A stretch of 63,661 bases of DNA, filler included, from Octopus bimaculoides (lineage: Eukaryota): assembly GCF_001194135.2 (NCBI RefSeq). It is 5 parts of 5 records of this genome, joined end to end, with 100 filler letters (N's around TTAATTAATTAA, not from the genome) between each part and the next. Parts side by side here need not be neighbours in the genome. Positions count along the whole stretch, not along the records: positions 18,844 to 41,639 come from NC_068984.1; positions 41,740 to 56,961 come from NC_068983.1; 3 more parts are not named here. One strand, 5' to 3'. Below are positions 40,345-53,761 of the stretch, one piece after another (positions within the stretch are counted from its first letter, which is position 1; every line of letters starts with the position of its first letter). The notes under the pieces were generated by a model. It did not search any database and was not told the origin of the DNA. It saw only the letters and a program-made list of their open reading frames with translations. A program made the position numbers and the translations under genes.

Positions 40345-41425
40345 ACCATGACACAATTCACTCTGCCAGAAATTTTGGAAACAACATGCTGTACTGCTTG
40401 GCATTCATGCCAGAAGCTCCAATATAAACATTTCAGAGTGTTTGGGTGTCAATCTAAGGACAGTGCAGAAGATTCAGAAAAAGTCGAATGAGTCAAATGG
40501 TGATTATGAAGGTACGGCAGCTTGGAAAACTCACTCTGATCATTCTGATAAGAAAAGAACTCCTGAATTTGTTGGTGAGATCCAGGCTATGATTGACAAT
40601 GATCCCTCCAAGTCAATCAAGTCCTTCACCAGGGACATAAGAGTGTCCGAGTTTCTTATCAGGCAGGTAGTGCATGAAGACATTCAGTATTCCTTATACA
40701 AGTTGAGAAAGGGCCAATTTTTATCCCAAGCCATCAAAGACAAGATGAAAGCCCATGCTACAAAGCTTTTAAACAAACTCAAGCATCTCCTCCAATCGAA
40801 CATGCTTTGGTTTTTCTCAGACAAGAAAAATTTCTACCAAGATCAAGATAATGAGCACACAGAACTACCATTGGTTTACCATGTCCCAAAAACATGTACT
40901 GAGAGTGATAAAAAAATCAACCATCCAATCAATATTATGGTGTCTGGTGAGATCACTAGTGATGGCAACATTATATCTTCATTCATCTTCCCACACAGCC
41001 TCAGAGGCCTAAATCAAGTGCCTGGAGGAGGTAGTGCTGCCCTGGGTCAAGAGGGTGGCCGCTGGAAGACCCTATGTCTAGTAACAGGACTCTGCACCAT
41101 GCCACACAAGCAGGACAACCTAGTCATGGCTGTCAAACAATTTCTGTGACCACATCACTCTTAACATCTAACTCCTCAGACTGCAACTTCCTTGATTATG
41201 TGTGGGGCACAGTTGAGTGAGAGACCAACAAAACTCCTTGTGACACCAAAGATGAACTGAAGGCAAGGATTATGGCAGTATTCACCAACTTAAATAAGGA
41301 GACCATCCAGAAGAGTTGCAGGAGATTCTGAAGTTGTCTGGAGGCCGTGGTTGAAGCCAATGGCAATTTTATTGAATAAATTTGTTCTTTAGTATTTCAA
41401 GATATTTTAATGCAATTTTAGTAAA
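40345..41425 (+). mobile_element. Second maT-type (DD37D) transposase pseudogene
   Basis: ORF 40442-41149 with WFFSDKKNF, then QQDSAPCHTS and N.LDY..WG.VE..N..PC.TK.ELKA.I in shifted frames. Termini not resolved; the 3' end is followed by a SINE. Confidence 0.9.
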
Positions 41426-41433
41426 TATAGACA

Positions 41434-41594
41434 CAGGAGTGGCTGTGTGGTAAGTAGCTTGCTTACCAGCCACATGGTTCTGAGTTCAGTCTCACTGCAT
41501 GTCACTTTGGGCAAGTGTCTTCTATTATAGCCTCAGGCCAACCAAAGCTTTGTGCGTGGATTTGGTAGACGGAAACTGAAAGAAGCTTGTCGTG
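41434..41594 (+). mobile_element. SINE family A, near full length
   Basis: caggagtggctgtgtggtaagtagcttgcttacc..gggcaagtgtcttctattatagcc..ggaaactgaaagaagc, followed by a TA tail. Confidence 0.9.
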
Positions 41595-41596
41595 TG

Positions 41597-41639
<43 letters not shown>

Positions 41640-41932
41640 NNNNNNNNNNNNNNNNNNNNNNNNNNNNNNNNNNNNNNNNNNNNTTAATTAATTAANNNNN
41701 NNNNNNNNNNNNNNNNNNNNNNNNNNNNNNNNNNNNNNNAAAAAACTGACAAAAGCTGATGATGTCATTCTATCAACGTATGGACGCTGGTTACTCACGT
41801 TCATAGTCTACGTTTGGTTTCTGAAATTTTGAATTTTCAATCACCTTTTGGTTTGAACTTGAGAAAGACAGACGTTCTGTCGAAATATTGTTCAAAAAAT
41901 AAAACATCTAAAATCGCACTCTTCGTCTTGAC

Positions 41933-41991
<59 letters not shown>

Positions 41992-41994
41992 GTA

Positions 41995-42235
41995 AGACAA
42001 ATACATAACAAAAACACCAGGATTAACAAATATATATAACATACAGAAAATAGCGCTACTAGGCACTGCACACATCCTACGTAAAACACTTTCAATGCAG
42101 TAACAATAAGAGCATCACAAGAAACTACAGCACATACCCAAGGCAAACAGAGCTGCACAGTGAAAGCATGTTACAAAAATAAAACTACTGAATAATAATA
42201 ATAATAATATAATAATAATAATAATAATAATAATG

Positions 42236-42290
<55 letters not shown>

Positions 42291-42300
42291 TGATGATGAT
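41995..42300 (+). mobile_element. R4/Dong-like LINE 3' end embedded in an (AAT)n array
   Basis: NIQKIALLGTAHILRKTLSMQ* C-terminus, then a 3' UTR and (AAT)n tail; (AAT)n also lies upstream at 41932-41990. Confidence 0.75.
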
Positions 42301-42488
42301 GATGATGATGAGGATGATCAACAACTACAGTGCTTATTGCAATGTGTTGCTAAATTTAATGTGTAGTTATGATAACCAATATCTTAATGCAAAATAACAA
42401 TTTTTTTTACATATATATATATGTACTTGTGTGTATATATATGTATGTAGTGAGAGAAATAGAGAGAGAGAGAAAGAGAGAGAGAGAT

Positions 42489-42526
<38 letters not shown>

Positions 42527-43337
42527 GGAGAGAGAGAGNNNNNNNNNNGAGAGAGAGAGAAAGGGAGAGAGAGAGGGAGAGGGAGAGAGAGAGAGAGAGG
42601 GAGATAGAGAGAGATAGAGAGAAAGAGAGAGAGAGAGAGAGAGATTGATTGCAAATTACTCTGCTTAACCTTTGTGTTCCTACATATCCTTTCCTGACAG
42701 AAGGTAGTGTGCGGTTTGAGAAAAATTTTGTTTTTTCTCCATATAAATTGGGAGGTTGCGGATAATAATATAAATATAACATTGTTGGTGTACGATTTGT
42801 AGTTTCTGAATATAAAACAGGCATCCATAGACAATTCACACATATTAAACAGAGATATTTGGAATATACATGTTTTAAAATATGGTCTTTTTATACATAA
42901 TGTAGACTTTTACATCCTAAATTTTTTACATTGTATAGAATTCCGCTTTGATGACCAATACTGCCTCCAACAATATTATAAAGCGCTTTTAATCTTTATA
43001 GTAGTAAAAAATATATGAGTTAATATGTAAGTATTCTGTTCATTTCACATGGTCTTTACATTTAAATCAAAATTTATTCCGTTGTTATCAGAAAAGTCAG
43101 TGAAATAGTTTTAGAAACTATATGAAGATTAAGTGGGATGAAATCCTTTCAAATACTAATCAGTTTACAGATAAGCGGCTTTGACAATAAGCACTTGTCG
43201 TCGCATAAAACGTATGTCGGTCAATTTTCAGAAGATATCAAAATTTAGCCGAAGTGTGCAATAAGCAAATCACCATTTTCACAACTCTTATCACGAATTT
43301 TACCACCAACAAAAATACCGCCTCTATCTCCAGGCAA

Positions 43338-43990
43338 CACTTGTTTAACTCTATATAAAAGCATTTCTAAAGAGTTTAAAGTTAATTGCAATAGTATTTT
43401 GAGAATAATTTTCCCAGTTTTCCGAAACAGAGCGTATTTGACGGTAGTTGGAAAGCACAACCACTCACATGCTAAAGACGATCAAAGGCTCTTCCTTAAC
43501 AGTTGTAGCTGCAATTTTATGAAATAAAACAACACTGTATTTCTTAATGAAATAATTGACTGTAAGATACTAAGGCGTATAACAAAAATCAAAATAAAAT
43601 GTAAAGTGTGAGGCAAAAAAGGATGAAAATATTAACCATCTTCTAATCGAGTGCAGTTAGCTTGCACATGAATATGTTGGCATGAATTTTACGACAAAAA
43701 ACCCCCAAAAACAAAAACACATACACACAACGCTACCACCTCTTCCAGTGAACACTCGTTTAACTCTATATAAAACCCTTTCCGAAGAGTTTAAAATAGT
43801 CTGCAATAGTATTTTGAGAATAATTTTCCTACATTCCCAAGACTGAGCAGATTTGACGGCAGCTGGAAAGCACAACTTTACTGTTGCAACCGCTATCATC
43901 TGAAATAAAACCTAGGTCATTCTTGCCCTATATTTCTTCATAGTAAGATGCTAAGGAGTGTACCAAAAATTAAAATAAAACGTCAACAGC
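43338..43990. repeat. Diverged ~400-bp tandem duplication
   Basis: 43338-43461 resembles 43753-43876, and 43571-43600 resembles 43951-43980. Confidence 0.85.
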
Positions 43991-46900
43991 CTGCGCAGTG
44001 GAACCTGAGTTTTCAATTACATCACAAGGTGTAAGGTAAAATACGAAAAGATACTCAAAATTCTTGAAAAGAAACAATGATAAAAAACATTATTTCAATG
44101 AAACATTATTTATCTGCGTGTCACACATGCACTGAAGACAAAAATAAGCAATATCTCCGTGAAATGGGATCGTTCTTGGGAAGATCAGAAATAATCTTGG
44201 TTTAAGATCTGAAATGAAACAAAGGATTCCGACCGTAATCCATAGAAAAGAATGAATAATCTATGCACATGAAACATAAAATTTACAACTGTAACTCATT
44301 AATTTTTATTAAAACTTTTAGAAAGCTGAAAAGAAGACACCAGGAATGGGCCTAATAATGGAAAGTATTCGCAAAATGTGTTTCCTGTGTTGTATCGTAC
44401 TCCTGCCCTATCATTTTCATTCTCCCTCTTTTTCCCATCCGATATTCACATGCATGCATAATCCCACACAGGTATACATATACTTGTTTTAAATGTGACA
44501 TTCGTAAAAATCGAATCACCTGACTTGACAATATTTCGGGGTTTTGATGGAAACTAGAAGCTTCGATTCATTCTGTCCTAAAAAAGGATTCCCGTGATAA
44601 AACGAACAGAACCAGAGCTAAAAACACGAAAGAAAAGGCGAAATAACTGGGCCTCATTTACTTACCTTTATTATGTAAACGTGGTTACTCTATAAAAGAG
44701 ATGGAGTACTGTGATATTCGTACTGTATTTGCTGCATAAGTTAAATTTTATCGTTTTAGTAGGAAATTGAAACGATGCTACTAACGCAACGGATCAGAAG
44801 TTTATTTCTTATTTCACGAGGCTCGCTCGAATTTATTTTATAATTACTTATTGTATAATGCAATCCCATAAATGTGTAAAGGACGACCGCAAAGAGCTGA
44901 AGAGATAAAATTGACTCCAATTGAATTAGATATGGAATTGTTACATAGACAAAGTAAACTATTGTTAAGCATAAAGTTTGCTGAGGCTCTACCCTATCGT
45001 CAGCTGCTTATTCCACTTTATCATATAAACGTATTGTTACTTTTGGTTAGGTATAAGAAAAAAGTCCTATATTCTTCGAAAATAGGCAATGGTATGTTGT
45101 GTTGTTTACGCTTTTACAAAGAGTAAAATAATGAATAAAAGGAAATTGTAGCAAGTATGAGCACATATTTTTAGTTTACCATCTGCTTGTCTTTGCAAGG
45201 ATAAAATTTATCTGTCTTTGGATGCATAGTTAAAGTAGCGATATTAAAATTCTCTACATCAAAATAATCAAGTTAACTCTTAATTAGTATCTCAGTTACC
45301 TCAATTACGCATGAAGCTCTCAATTAGCGAGTTAATGAATTCTAGTTAAAAGATAGCTCATATTCGCATTTGTAATCACACAAATACACAGGCATACCCG
45401 TCGAAATATAATAGTTAATAGTATATTCATATACATGCATATTTAACACGTTCGAATACAGTGGAAGTGTGAAAACCTTTCACTGTGGAAATAGTTTCAA
45501 GAGGAAATTCTTCTCCCAAACGACATGTGTTAAAACACATCGGGTTGTAAGTGATGTCATTGGATGTAGACGCATGCATTACTTCGTTCTTTCACGTTGT
45601 CAGCTACGAACAACAAATCTACCTTTCACACTCCGATAAAAACAATGTGTTGTTATATTAGAATAACAAACAATACGTTTGCTAAAGTGATAGTATGATG
45701 TCAACTTAATGTGACAGTCCCATGAAAGGGAAGAATGCTACTGTTATTTAGCCTTAGGAAACACCATTTCCTGTTAGACTTGACACATTTCCTGTGTCCT
45801 TATGTTTTCAAAGTGAAGATAATACCTTTGCGGATGTGCATAACGCTTGATCTGGTTTGAATTAAATATGTAAAGTCACACGAAGTAGTATTGCAACGAG
45901 AGGTCTTCACATGTCCGAGTGTAATCGACATGTTAAATATGACTTCATACTAATATGTTTTATTCGCTGTTTTATGTGACTTTATTTAATTCCAGCTTGA
46001 CCTAGCTTTATGCTCATGAGTAAAATTACTGTTTGCTAGTATAAGACCGAATTCTTATTGTTCTGTAAAAGGCAGATTTGGTGTTTGTGCCAATGACGTG
46101 AAAGGACGCAGAAACCAGTCGTCCTACGATCCAGTGATGTCATTCCCAATTCATTGTGTTTTCATTCATCGTTTAGAAGAAGAAATTTCTTCTGAGATAG
46201 TTTCTGAGACTGTTTCTGCAGCGAAAGTTCTTCACACGTTCGAGTGAATTCGAACGTGTTCAATAGTTTATTAAAATATATCTTATTCAACCGTTTTGTG
46301 CGACTTCACTTACTTAAGTATAATTATGCATAGAGATAACCTCACACAAAGCGGTCTGCATTCATAATAAATATAAAGAAGGTTTACCTCATATTAAATT
46401 TCCCAATTTTTCATCTTTAGAAATTTTCTCAGCAAAAAAGTGTTATTTGTCAGCAACTATGTGATACACTTTCATTCCAAAAATTATTCGGTCACGCATA
46501 TTTAGGTCTTCAAAAAATGTTATGCACGTTTTTCTAATTCATTTGTTCGTAAATTGAAAGTAGAATACATCCTATATTTGAAGCACTTTACAAGCGTGCA
46601 CATGAGGGTTATTCATGTTTAAAATGTTTCATACACATAATGAAAGAAAAGCTATTAGAAAAAAATCAGATAGAAGGGAAGAATAAATATTAGTCTAAGC
46701 TAGTGGTAAAGTGTTTTTATTAGTTGTTTGTTGCAATAATCCATAAAGTATAATATTTAAAATGGCAAAAAATCTTTTTTGATGAAAAGTAAGAATTATA
46801 GAAAATACATGGGAGAGCGTATTTCGATCTTTATACTATAGAGACTTCCAAGTGTTATATTAGAATAGCAAATAGTAAGAACTGCAATGTAGAGTATTCT

Positions 46901-49900
46901 ATCTTGGAGATCAAGCAGCCATTTAAAACAGATTCGTCTGTTTCTTCACAGGAGGGTTTCGATATAATGAGCACTACTTCATGTCGAAAGCCTTACTATT
47001 TATGAGAACCATCAAAAACTTTGAAAGTAATATATCGATAGTAAATTTGCGGCACTAAGTATCAGTTTCTGCATCATCAATAGGTATTTGTGGCTGTGCT
47101 GCGCTCAAATTATTAGGAAGCAATAAAGTAATAGTTCAAAGACTAATAATTAATTTTTTTCTTTCTTTGCCCTATTGGATAAGGTAAAGTCAATGAATTC
47201 TATTGATCATAAACTTATCATAAGAGTTTGTTCAATATAAAAACTGATCAATCTATCGGGCACAGATCTAGAAGAATATGGATAGCTATAATATTTTCTA
47301 TTGAGAACATGTTATATGCAATGTAATGGATTTTATAGCAATCTAGAAACCGAAGTTTGGAAGATGTATGTATAAATAAATACTTGTGTTAGATTTAGAA
47401 ACTACATTCAAATATTGATATTTGATTGTTAATAACTTCAGATTTGAGCTGCCAAAGCTTCAATAGTTAAAAGCAATCTCCGTTTACGAAGTAATTAATC
47501 CCGACTATGAAATATTCTATTTGATCTTAATGTTAAGTAAATAAGGAAATATTATTGCAGCCAAGTTAGAAACTGAATCAAAAATAATGCCGCCGATTTA
47601 GGGATATATTAATAGATAAACGGTAACCTTTGCAATACTTTAGCGACAACATTTATAGTACGACCGTGACTAAATGAGAAGTGAGAGAGTGAGAAGATAA
47701 AGGAAGTGGTTAGTTGGAAGATGTTTTCATTGGTGTTGTGTTGTACTCTAGGTTAAGTTTGTGACCTCTTCGCCTACCAAGAGAGAAGTTAGATTTAGCC
47801 CTAATTTATGAAATGAAAAAGAAATTAATATGTTCATTTCATCACATGTTGAGTTACAAAGGTTGTGCCGATATTTAGTTGACACACCGGCTGAAGAAAT
47901 CTAAGTTTGTATTCTGCTAACAGTCACCTTGGAAAAGAAGTGAAGCTTTCGTTTCAGTTAGTTGACAATACACATTCACACGCGCTTGCACTCGCACACA
48001 CATGCACACACATATGCACACGCACACACGGAGTCGCACATAAACACATACTCACACACATATATGTAAAGTCAGAGACACATAAAGATAAGTTTAATAT
48101 AATATCGAATTAACGAGAAGTGAATGAATGAGATTGGCGATTTGCAATGGCAAGATCGATTTCTATCAGGCCCCGAAATGCAAATTTCTTTCATGAGCTT
48201 AAGTGGATCGAAACGAACGTTGTCATATCTTTTCATTGTTTAATCAAGATGGAAGGGTAGCACACGTCCCTTCTCTTTTCTGCGGTGCTCCGAAACTGGC
48301 GGAAGAGAAGTCGTTCTCAAATTGAAGATATGGCTTGAATTCATCGATGAACCAAGTGGTCAGTGTTAAACTAGGCAACAGATTAAGTATACCATTCCAA
48401 ACTCAGAAATCATAAGCATCGCATGGTTTATATATATGGTGTATTTTTACCAATATTGTTTCATATAACTCCCCTTTCCAAAAAATCATGTGGTTTGAGG
48501 GAGGTCTGGTTGCTGTTTCTAGCGGAAAGAGTGACTGCATAGAAACTCAGTGTTGACATGTCATCTTTTGGTCGCATCTACAGGAAGGTTTCATTGAACA
48601 CTGTACTGCAAAACACTACCGCCAAGTGGTTGCTTGGCTTGCAAGAAATATTACCAAAATCTCCTTACATCGTATTTTAGAATCTTATTTTAGTATCATA
48701 TTTTAGTATCAGTTCTAGATACTACATTTCAAAAATCTTCATGGAGGGTTAATTCGGGGAATTAAAAATATCAAAAGAAATAAGAAAACATAACAACAGA
48801 AACGACGGTGAAATAGTCTACCCTGTGGTAACTATTTACAGAAAGATTGCCTGGTTCGTTGAGATCTAAGAGCTTTAGCTGTACACAATGTGTAAACAAC
48901 TAAATAATTTCATATATTTATTGATTACTTTATTGTTTATACTATAATTTGACACCTCAAATTTTTTTCAAACGTGATATTTTGTGTATATAATGATATA
49001 AATCGTGATTAAATTCGGTTCTCGAAAATATGTTAAAATACTGATGGTTCATTGATGACTTCGTAAACGTGATATCTTCAATATCCTCGCTTTCGTCGCC
49101 TCCTTCGTCGTTGTCACCGTCATCATCATTGTCTAACAGACAATGAAATTTACGATGATGCACCAAGATTTAGAGTCTCAGACGGTGTGAAAAATGCCAC
49201 GCGAAAAATGTGTTAGTATTACGGATATATATTGTTTAATTTTGAATGTTGCAAGGGCATTCAAGTGAACAGGTGCACAAGGTGTAGTGAATATATTTTG
49301 AAAAAATAGTTATATACCGTAAGCTCAGCTAATGATCCTACGTGCTTGTTAGCACAAAAGGTAAAGTCAATCGATACTGAGATGTTTGTACTTTCCTTTG
49401 TAGTTTTGCAAAGGTAAGGGTTATCTTTTAACATATTCACTACATTCACATTGCGTGTTTACTTATTGTGAAATATGCGGCTTTGGAGAGTTGACGCTTT
49501 TTTTCTAGCATAGCTAATTTTTATGTATATTTTACCTCTTTTGGTTAAGCTTGTTGGCCACTTTATTGTTATTATTGTTTTTAATAATAATGATATATAT
49601 ATANNNNNNNNNNNNNNNNNNNNNNNNNNNNNNNNNNNNNNNNNNNNNNNNNNNNNNNNNNNNNNNNNNNNNNNNNNNNNNNNNNNNNNNNNNNNNNNNN
49701 NNNNNNNNNNNNNNNNNNNNNNNNNNNNNNNNNNNNNNNNNNNNNNNNNNNNNNNNNNNNNNNNNNNNNNNNNNNNNNNNNNNNNNNNNNNNNNNNNNNN
49801 NNNNNNNNNNNNNNNNNNNNNNNNNNNNNNNNNNNNNNNNNNNNNNNNNNNNNNNNNNNNNNNNNNNNNNNNNNNNNNNNNNNNNNNNNNNNNNNNNNNN

Positions 49901-50010
49901 NNNNNNNNNNNNNNNNNNNNNNNNNNNNNNNNNNNNNNNNNNNNNNNNNNNNNNNNNNNNNNNNNNNNNNNNNNNNNNNNNNNNNNNNNNNNNNNNNNNN
50001 NNNNNNNNNN

Positions 50011-50053
<43 letters not shown>

Positions 50054-50539
50054 GGCGCATGGCTCAGTGATTAGGGTGTTTCATTCACGATTGCGAGATC
50101 GTGGTTTCGAATCCCAGACCTGGAGTTGCGTTGTGTTCTTGAGCAAAGCACTTCATCTCTCGTTGCTGTGTGATCATTTCGTCATCTGACATGTGGCACA
50201 TGGTGCACTTGTACAGATTATGTCGATTTGATGGGAGGAGTGAGCAAACATTTGATCAGTATAAGCAAATCATCTGTGCGGTTGTTCGACAAGAAATTTA
50301 ATGCTTTATTAGCCACTAAGGCCTGACATATAAGAGCACGTACGCAGTTTTAACAATGGTAAACGGTTAGAAATTGCAAGTGTAAGCATATAAAACAACA
50401 ATGGTACCCAAAAGGGGGAGTATTCTGGGTTAGTCGGGGAAGCCTCACAAGCCACAAGACAACCTTACTGCTAGGACAGTAGCCTAGAAGTTTAAACCCA
50501 AGTTAAATCAATTCATTCAAACCATTTGTACAACTTTTA

Positions 50540-51830
50540 CCCATTTTTGCACGTCCAAATCAAATGACCTGAGGTCGTTGAGAAAACGTCCTTGCTTCCA
50601 AAATGATTCCAGGTCAAGAAAATTTAAGCAGTCTAACTTGAGCAAAACCAAAAATGTAAAGCACTACTTACTTTTTGGGCTGTGGGGTGAGAGATTTTTC
50701 TCACTTTTCTGGATGGCTGTGGGAGTTTCCACGACCAGGTTTTGTGTAGACTTTTCGTTATTGTTCTTTGGAGCTTGTCCACCGCATTAGGGTGGTTTTC
50801 TTTAAGGTCACTGAAAGTTGTGTTAGATACAATGAGTATTTGTGCGTGAGGTGGAGCGTAAGGTGGAGTGCACAGAAAATCTTTTTGTGTGAAGTTGGTA
50901 TTTTCATGTATGCATTTTATTAGGAGTTCATTGTCTGTGCTGATTGCACTGAGATTTACTACTGTTTTCGTCGATGGTTTTTGTATGGTGTGTAGCGCTG
51001 GTAGTGGTATTGGTGGTGTTGGTAATATGGGTCATGCAGTTAATGGTTGTGTGTCTGTGTTGTGGGGAGGAGCTGGGATGGTCTCCTTTTTGCGTTTTTT
51101 CTTTTTGAGGATTTCCCTCTACTCTTTGTTTGCTCATATGGCAGTTTCTGGGTCAGAATCGGAAAGGAGTAGATCAGGTGGGTTGTGGTTTGTCGAAATG
51201 GTTTCTCCCTTTCGTGCTGCTGTTGTCGGTTCTGTAGTGTTCTTAGTGTTGCTTTTTCGGATATCCTTGACTGCTACTGCAAATGGCGTCCCTTCTAATG
51301 TGGGTGCTACTGCTGCTACTTCTACTGTTGCTGCTTCTGTGGTGATCTTTGTTGTTTTTGTATCTGTTGATGTTTTCTCTGCACACTGGTTGCTGCTTTG
51401 TGTGGTGGTGGGGTTAATTTTTATGCATCCTGTGTTTGCTGCTGTAGGTGCTGATGTGGAGTCTCCTTTGCTGGAGGGGGCGTTTCTCGTTTGTTCTCAG
51501 TTGGCAAAGGACTTTGAGGTGGTCCCTCTACCCGCAGAGATAGCACCTCGGTTTGCGTACATTCACCGACACGAGCAACTTTGCTCCTTCAGGCAAGTGG
51601 ATGATGTCTGGAATGCTTTCAAGGCCTGCTGATCTGCCTGAATTAAGAGTTCTAGTCTCTGTCCCCATCAGTTGTGTTGGTGTAGTTTATTTATCTGTAG
51701 TATATCAGTGTTTTCTTCGTTATCAAGTAAGACAGCCGCCATCACCCAAAGAACTTCAATCTCAGGAAACACCTCCTCAGTCTTTATTTTTGATACTCAC
51801 CGTCCGAGGTATGTTGGCAAGAGCACTAGT
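50540..51830 (-). mobile_element. L1/Tx1-type LINE relic: gag-like ORF1 with CCHC knuckle plus start of ORF2 endonuclease
   Basis: IPDIIHLPEGAKLLVSVNVRKPRCYLCG*RDHLKVLC (CX2CX4HX4C), then a T/P/K-rich tail, then LDCLN...WKQGRFLNDLRSFDLDV resembling an APE N-terminus; stops and frameshifts present. Confidence 0.7.
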
Positions 51831-51891
51831 TCGTCCGCGTGCACACACAGGCACGCACATGAACGCACACACACAGGCACGCACGCACACA

Positions 51892-51938
<47 letters not shown>

Positions 51939-52947
51939 CACACACACGAATATACATATATTCGCACTTGTAAACTTCATTATTTCTGTGAGGCATCGAA
52001 AACTGGTCTTACTCTACGAACGAAGAAATAAGTAAGAAATGTTCTAAAATGTAAATTTTGAATTTAGTTTTAGTTATAAAATTACACTACACAACAGCTA
52101 AAAACATCTTTTCGGCTTATTATCGCATATACCTTCGAATGTTTTTCATTAAATCGAACATTTTTTTCTTTCTTTCTTTTGTCTATATTTTTCGTTATTT
52201 TGTACTATTCCAATTCGTAAAACATTTAAATTACTATAGGGGTAGGGCAAAATAAGTAATTTCTTATTTCGTGTTATTTTCAGGTTGCTAACTGGTGTTT
52301 AACAGTTAGTATTATTTTCTCTGTTGGATTCCATGTAAAATTTTCCCCCATACTAATGTCTAATTTGATAATTTTCCATTCGCAAAAAATGATGTCTAGA
52401 TTGGGGCAAAATGAGTAATGACTAATTTCAATAATGGCGGAGTTTCGGATTAGAACACCCACATGTTGGATTTTCTTCGTTTTGAGGTTGATTTTTCAAA
52501 TTTATTTTTCATCACGGCCTAAATTATTCTCACCTCCCTCCCTTCCTATCCTTACCCCCATCCGAACCGATTTTAGCCAATTCTTTTTATTAGCACGTAC
52601 TTAAAAACGATAGAAGCCGTTTCGGTAAAAAAAATATTATTTTCACAAGAGGTGTGTGATTTAAAGGAGATTTAGCTGTTGTTGCTAGCACATCTTACGA
52701 CTACCTTTCTCACTGTCATATATATTGATGTTTCTCAATAGTTTTCTCCCCATGAGCACATTTATGCTATTAAAAAAAATTTGAAAATCTCTGATTTTGT
52801 CACACCCCATTGTTTCTATTTATAATTATAAGATATTGGAAAGCCTGGGAAGATCAGCACTGGAATCTATCCACAGTGATTTAAAAAAGATATGTAAAAG
52901 ATAATTTATTTTTATAGTATACATTTCTGTCAGTAAATATGTTTTCT

Positions 52948-52959
52948 TACACACACACA

Positions 52960-53053
<94 letters not shown>
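52948..53053. repeat. (AC)n microsatellite, ~105 nt
   Basis: Direct tandem repeat. Confidence 0.95.
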
Positions 53054-53056
<3 letters not shown>

Positions 53057-53761
53057 CCTCGTTTGGTTGGGGTAGGAGATTTAAATTTCAATTTCTTTTG
53101 TTGTTGCTTAGATCCCAGCAATGTACTACGCGGCTGTTACTTCAGCATTATCATTCCATAAAATGTGCTTATGGGAAGAAAGTTATTGAAAACTCAAACG
53201 ATTGCTCTTAATATAGTGAATGGCATGTAAACCAAGTTTTGTACATTTGAACTGTCTGTTAATGTGTATAGTGTACAGTAAAGTAAACTACTTAAAAACA
53301 TCCACCAATAATTTAAAACTTTATAAAATTGGTACATATATAACATACTGCTATTTTGAAAATGATATAAGGGTTTTATAAAAAAAAGTAATGGCAAGAG
53401 CAGCGAAAAAAGAATAATAGAAGGAAGTAAAATATTAAAAGTAAAAGAAATCTTCCTGGAGCAATCGAAGTGGTGGTGATAGAATTCTTGGTTTATGTAC
53501 GTTTAATTAAAAACAATATATGAACAAATTGCTTGAAAAAATCTCTTTCGTAAAGAGCAAACAAGCAAATAATGTTTATGTATGAAGACATGGTATTGGC
53601 TTCAATAGCGAGATTTTCACAAGAAAACATTGCTATCTCTTTGACAATCAAAAGTCTTCATTAAAAATAATGAAATTGATTTATAGATTTATTGGTCTTT
53701 ATTTTCAGTTTGGTTGAAAATTTTCAAAATAACAGTACACTTCCAAAACGACAGTATACTA

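Noticed and set aside
50868-51632. 254-aa plus-strand V/F/G-rich ORF
   Set aside because: Antisense shadow of the A/C-rich LINE ORF1 on the minus strand.
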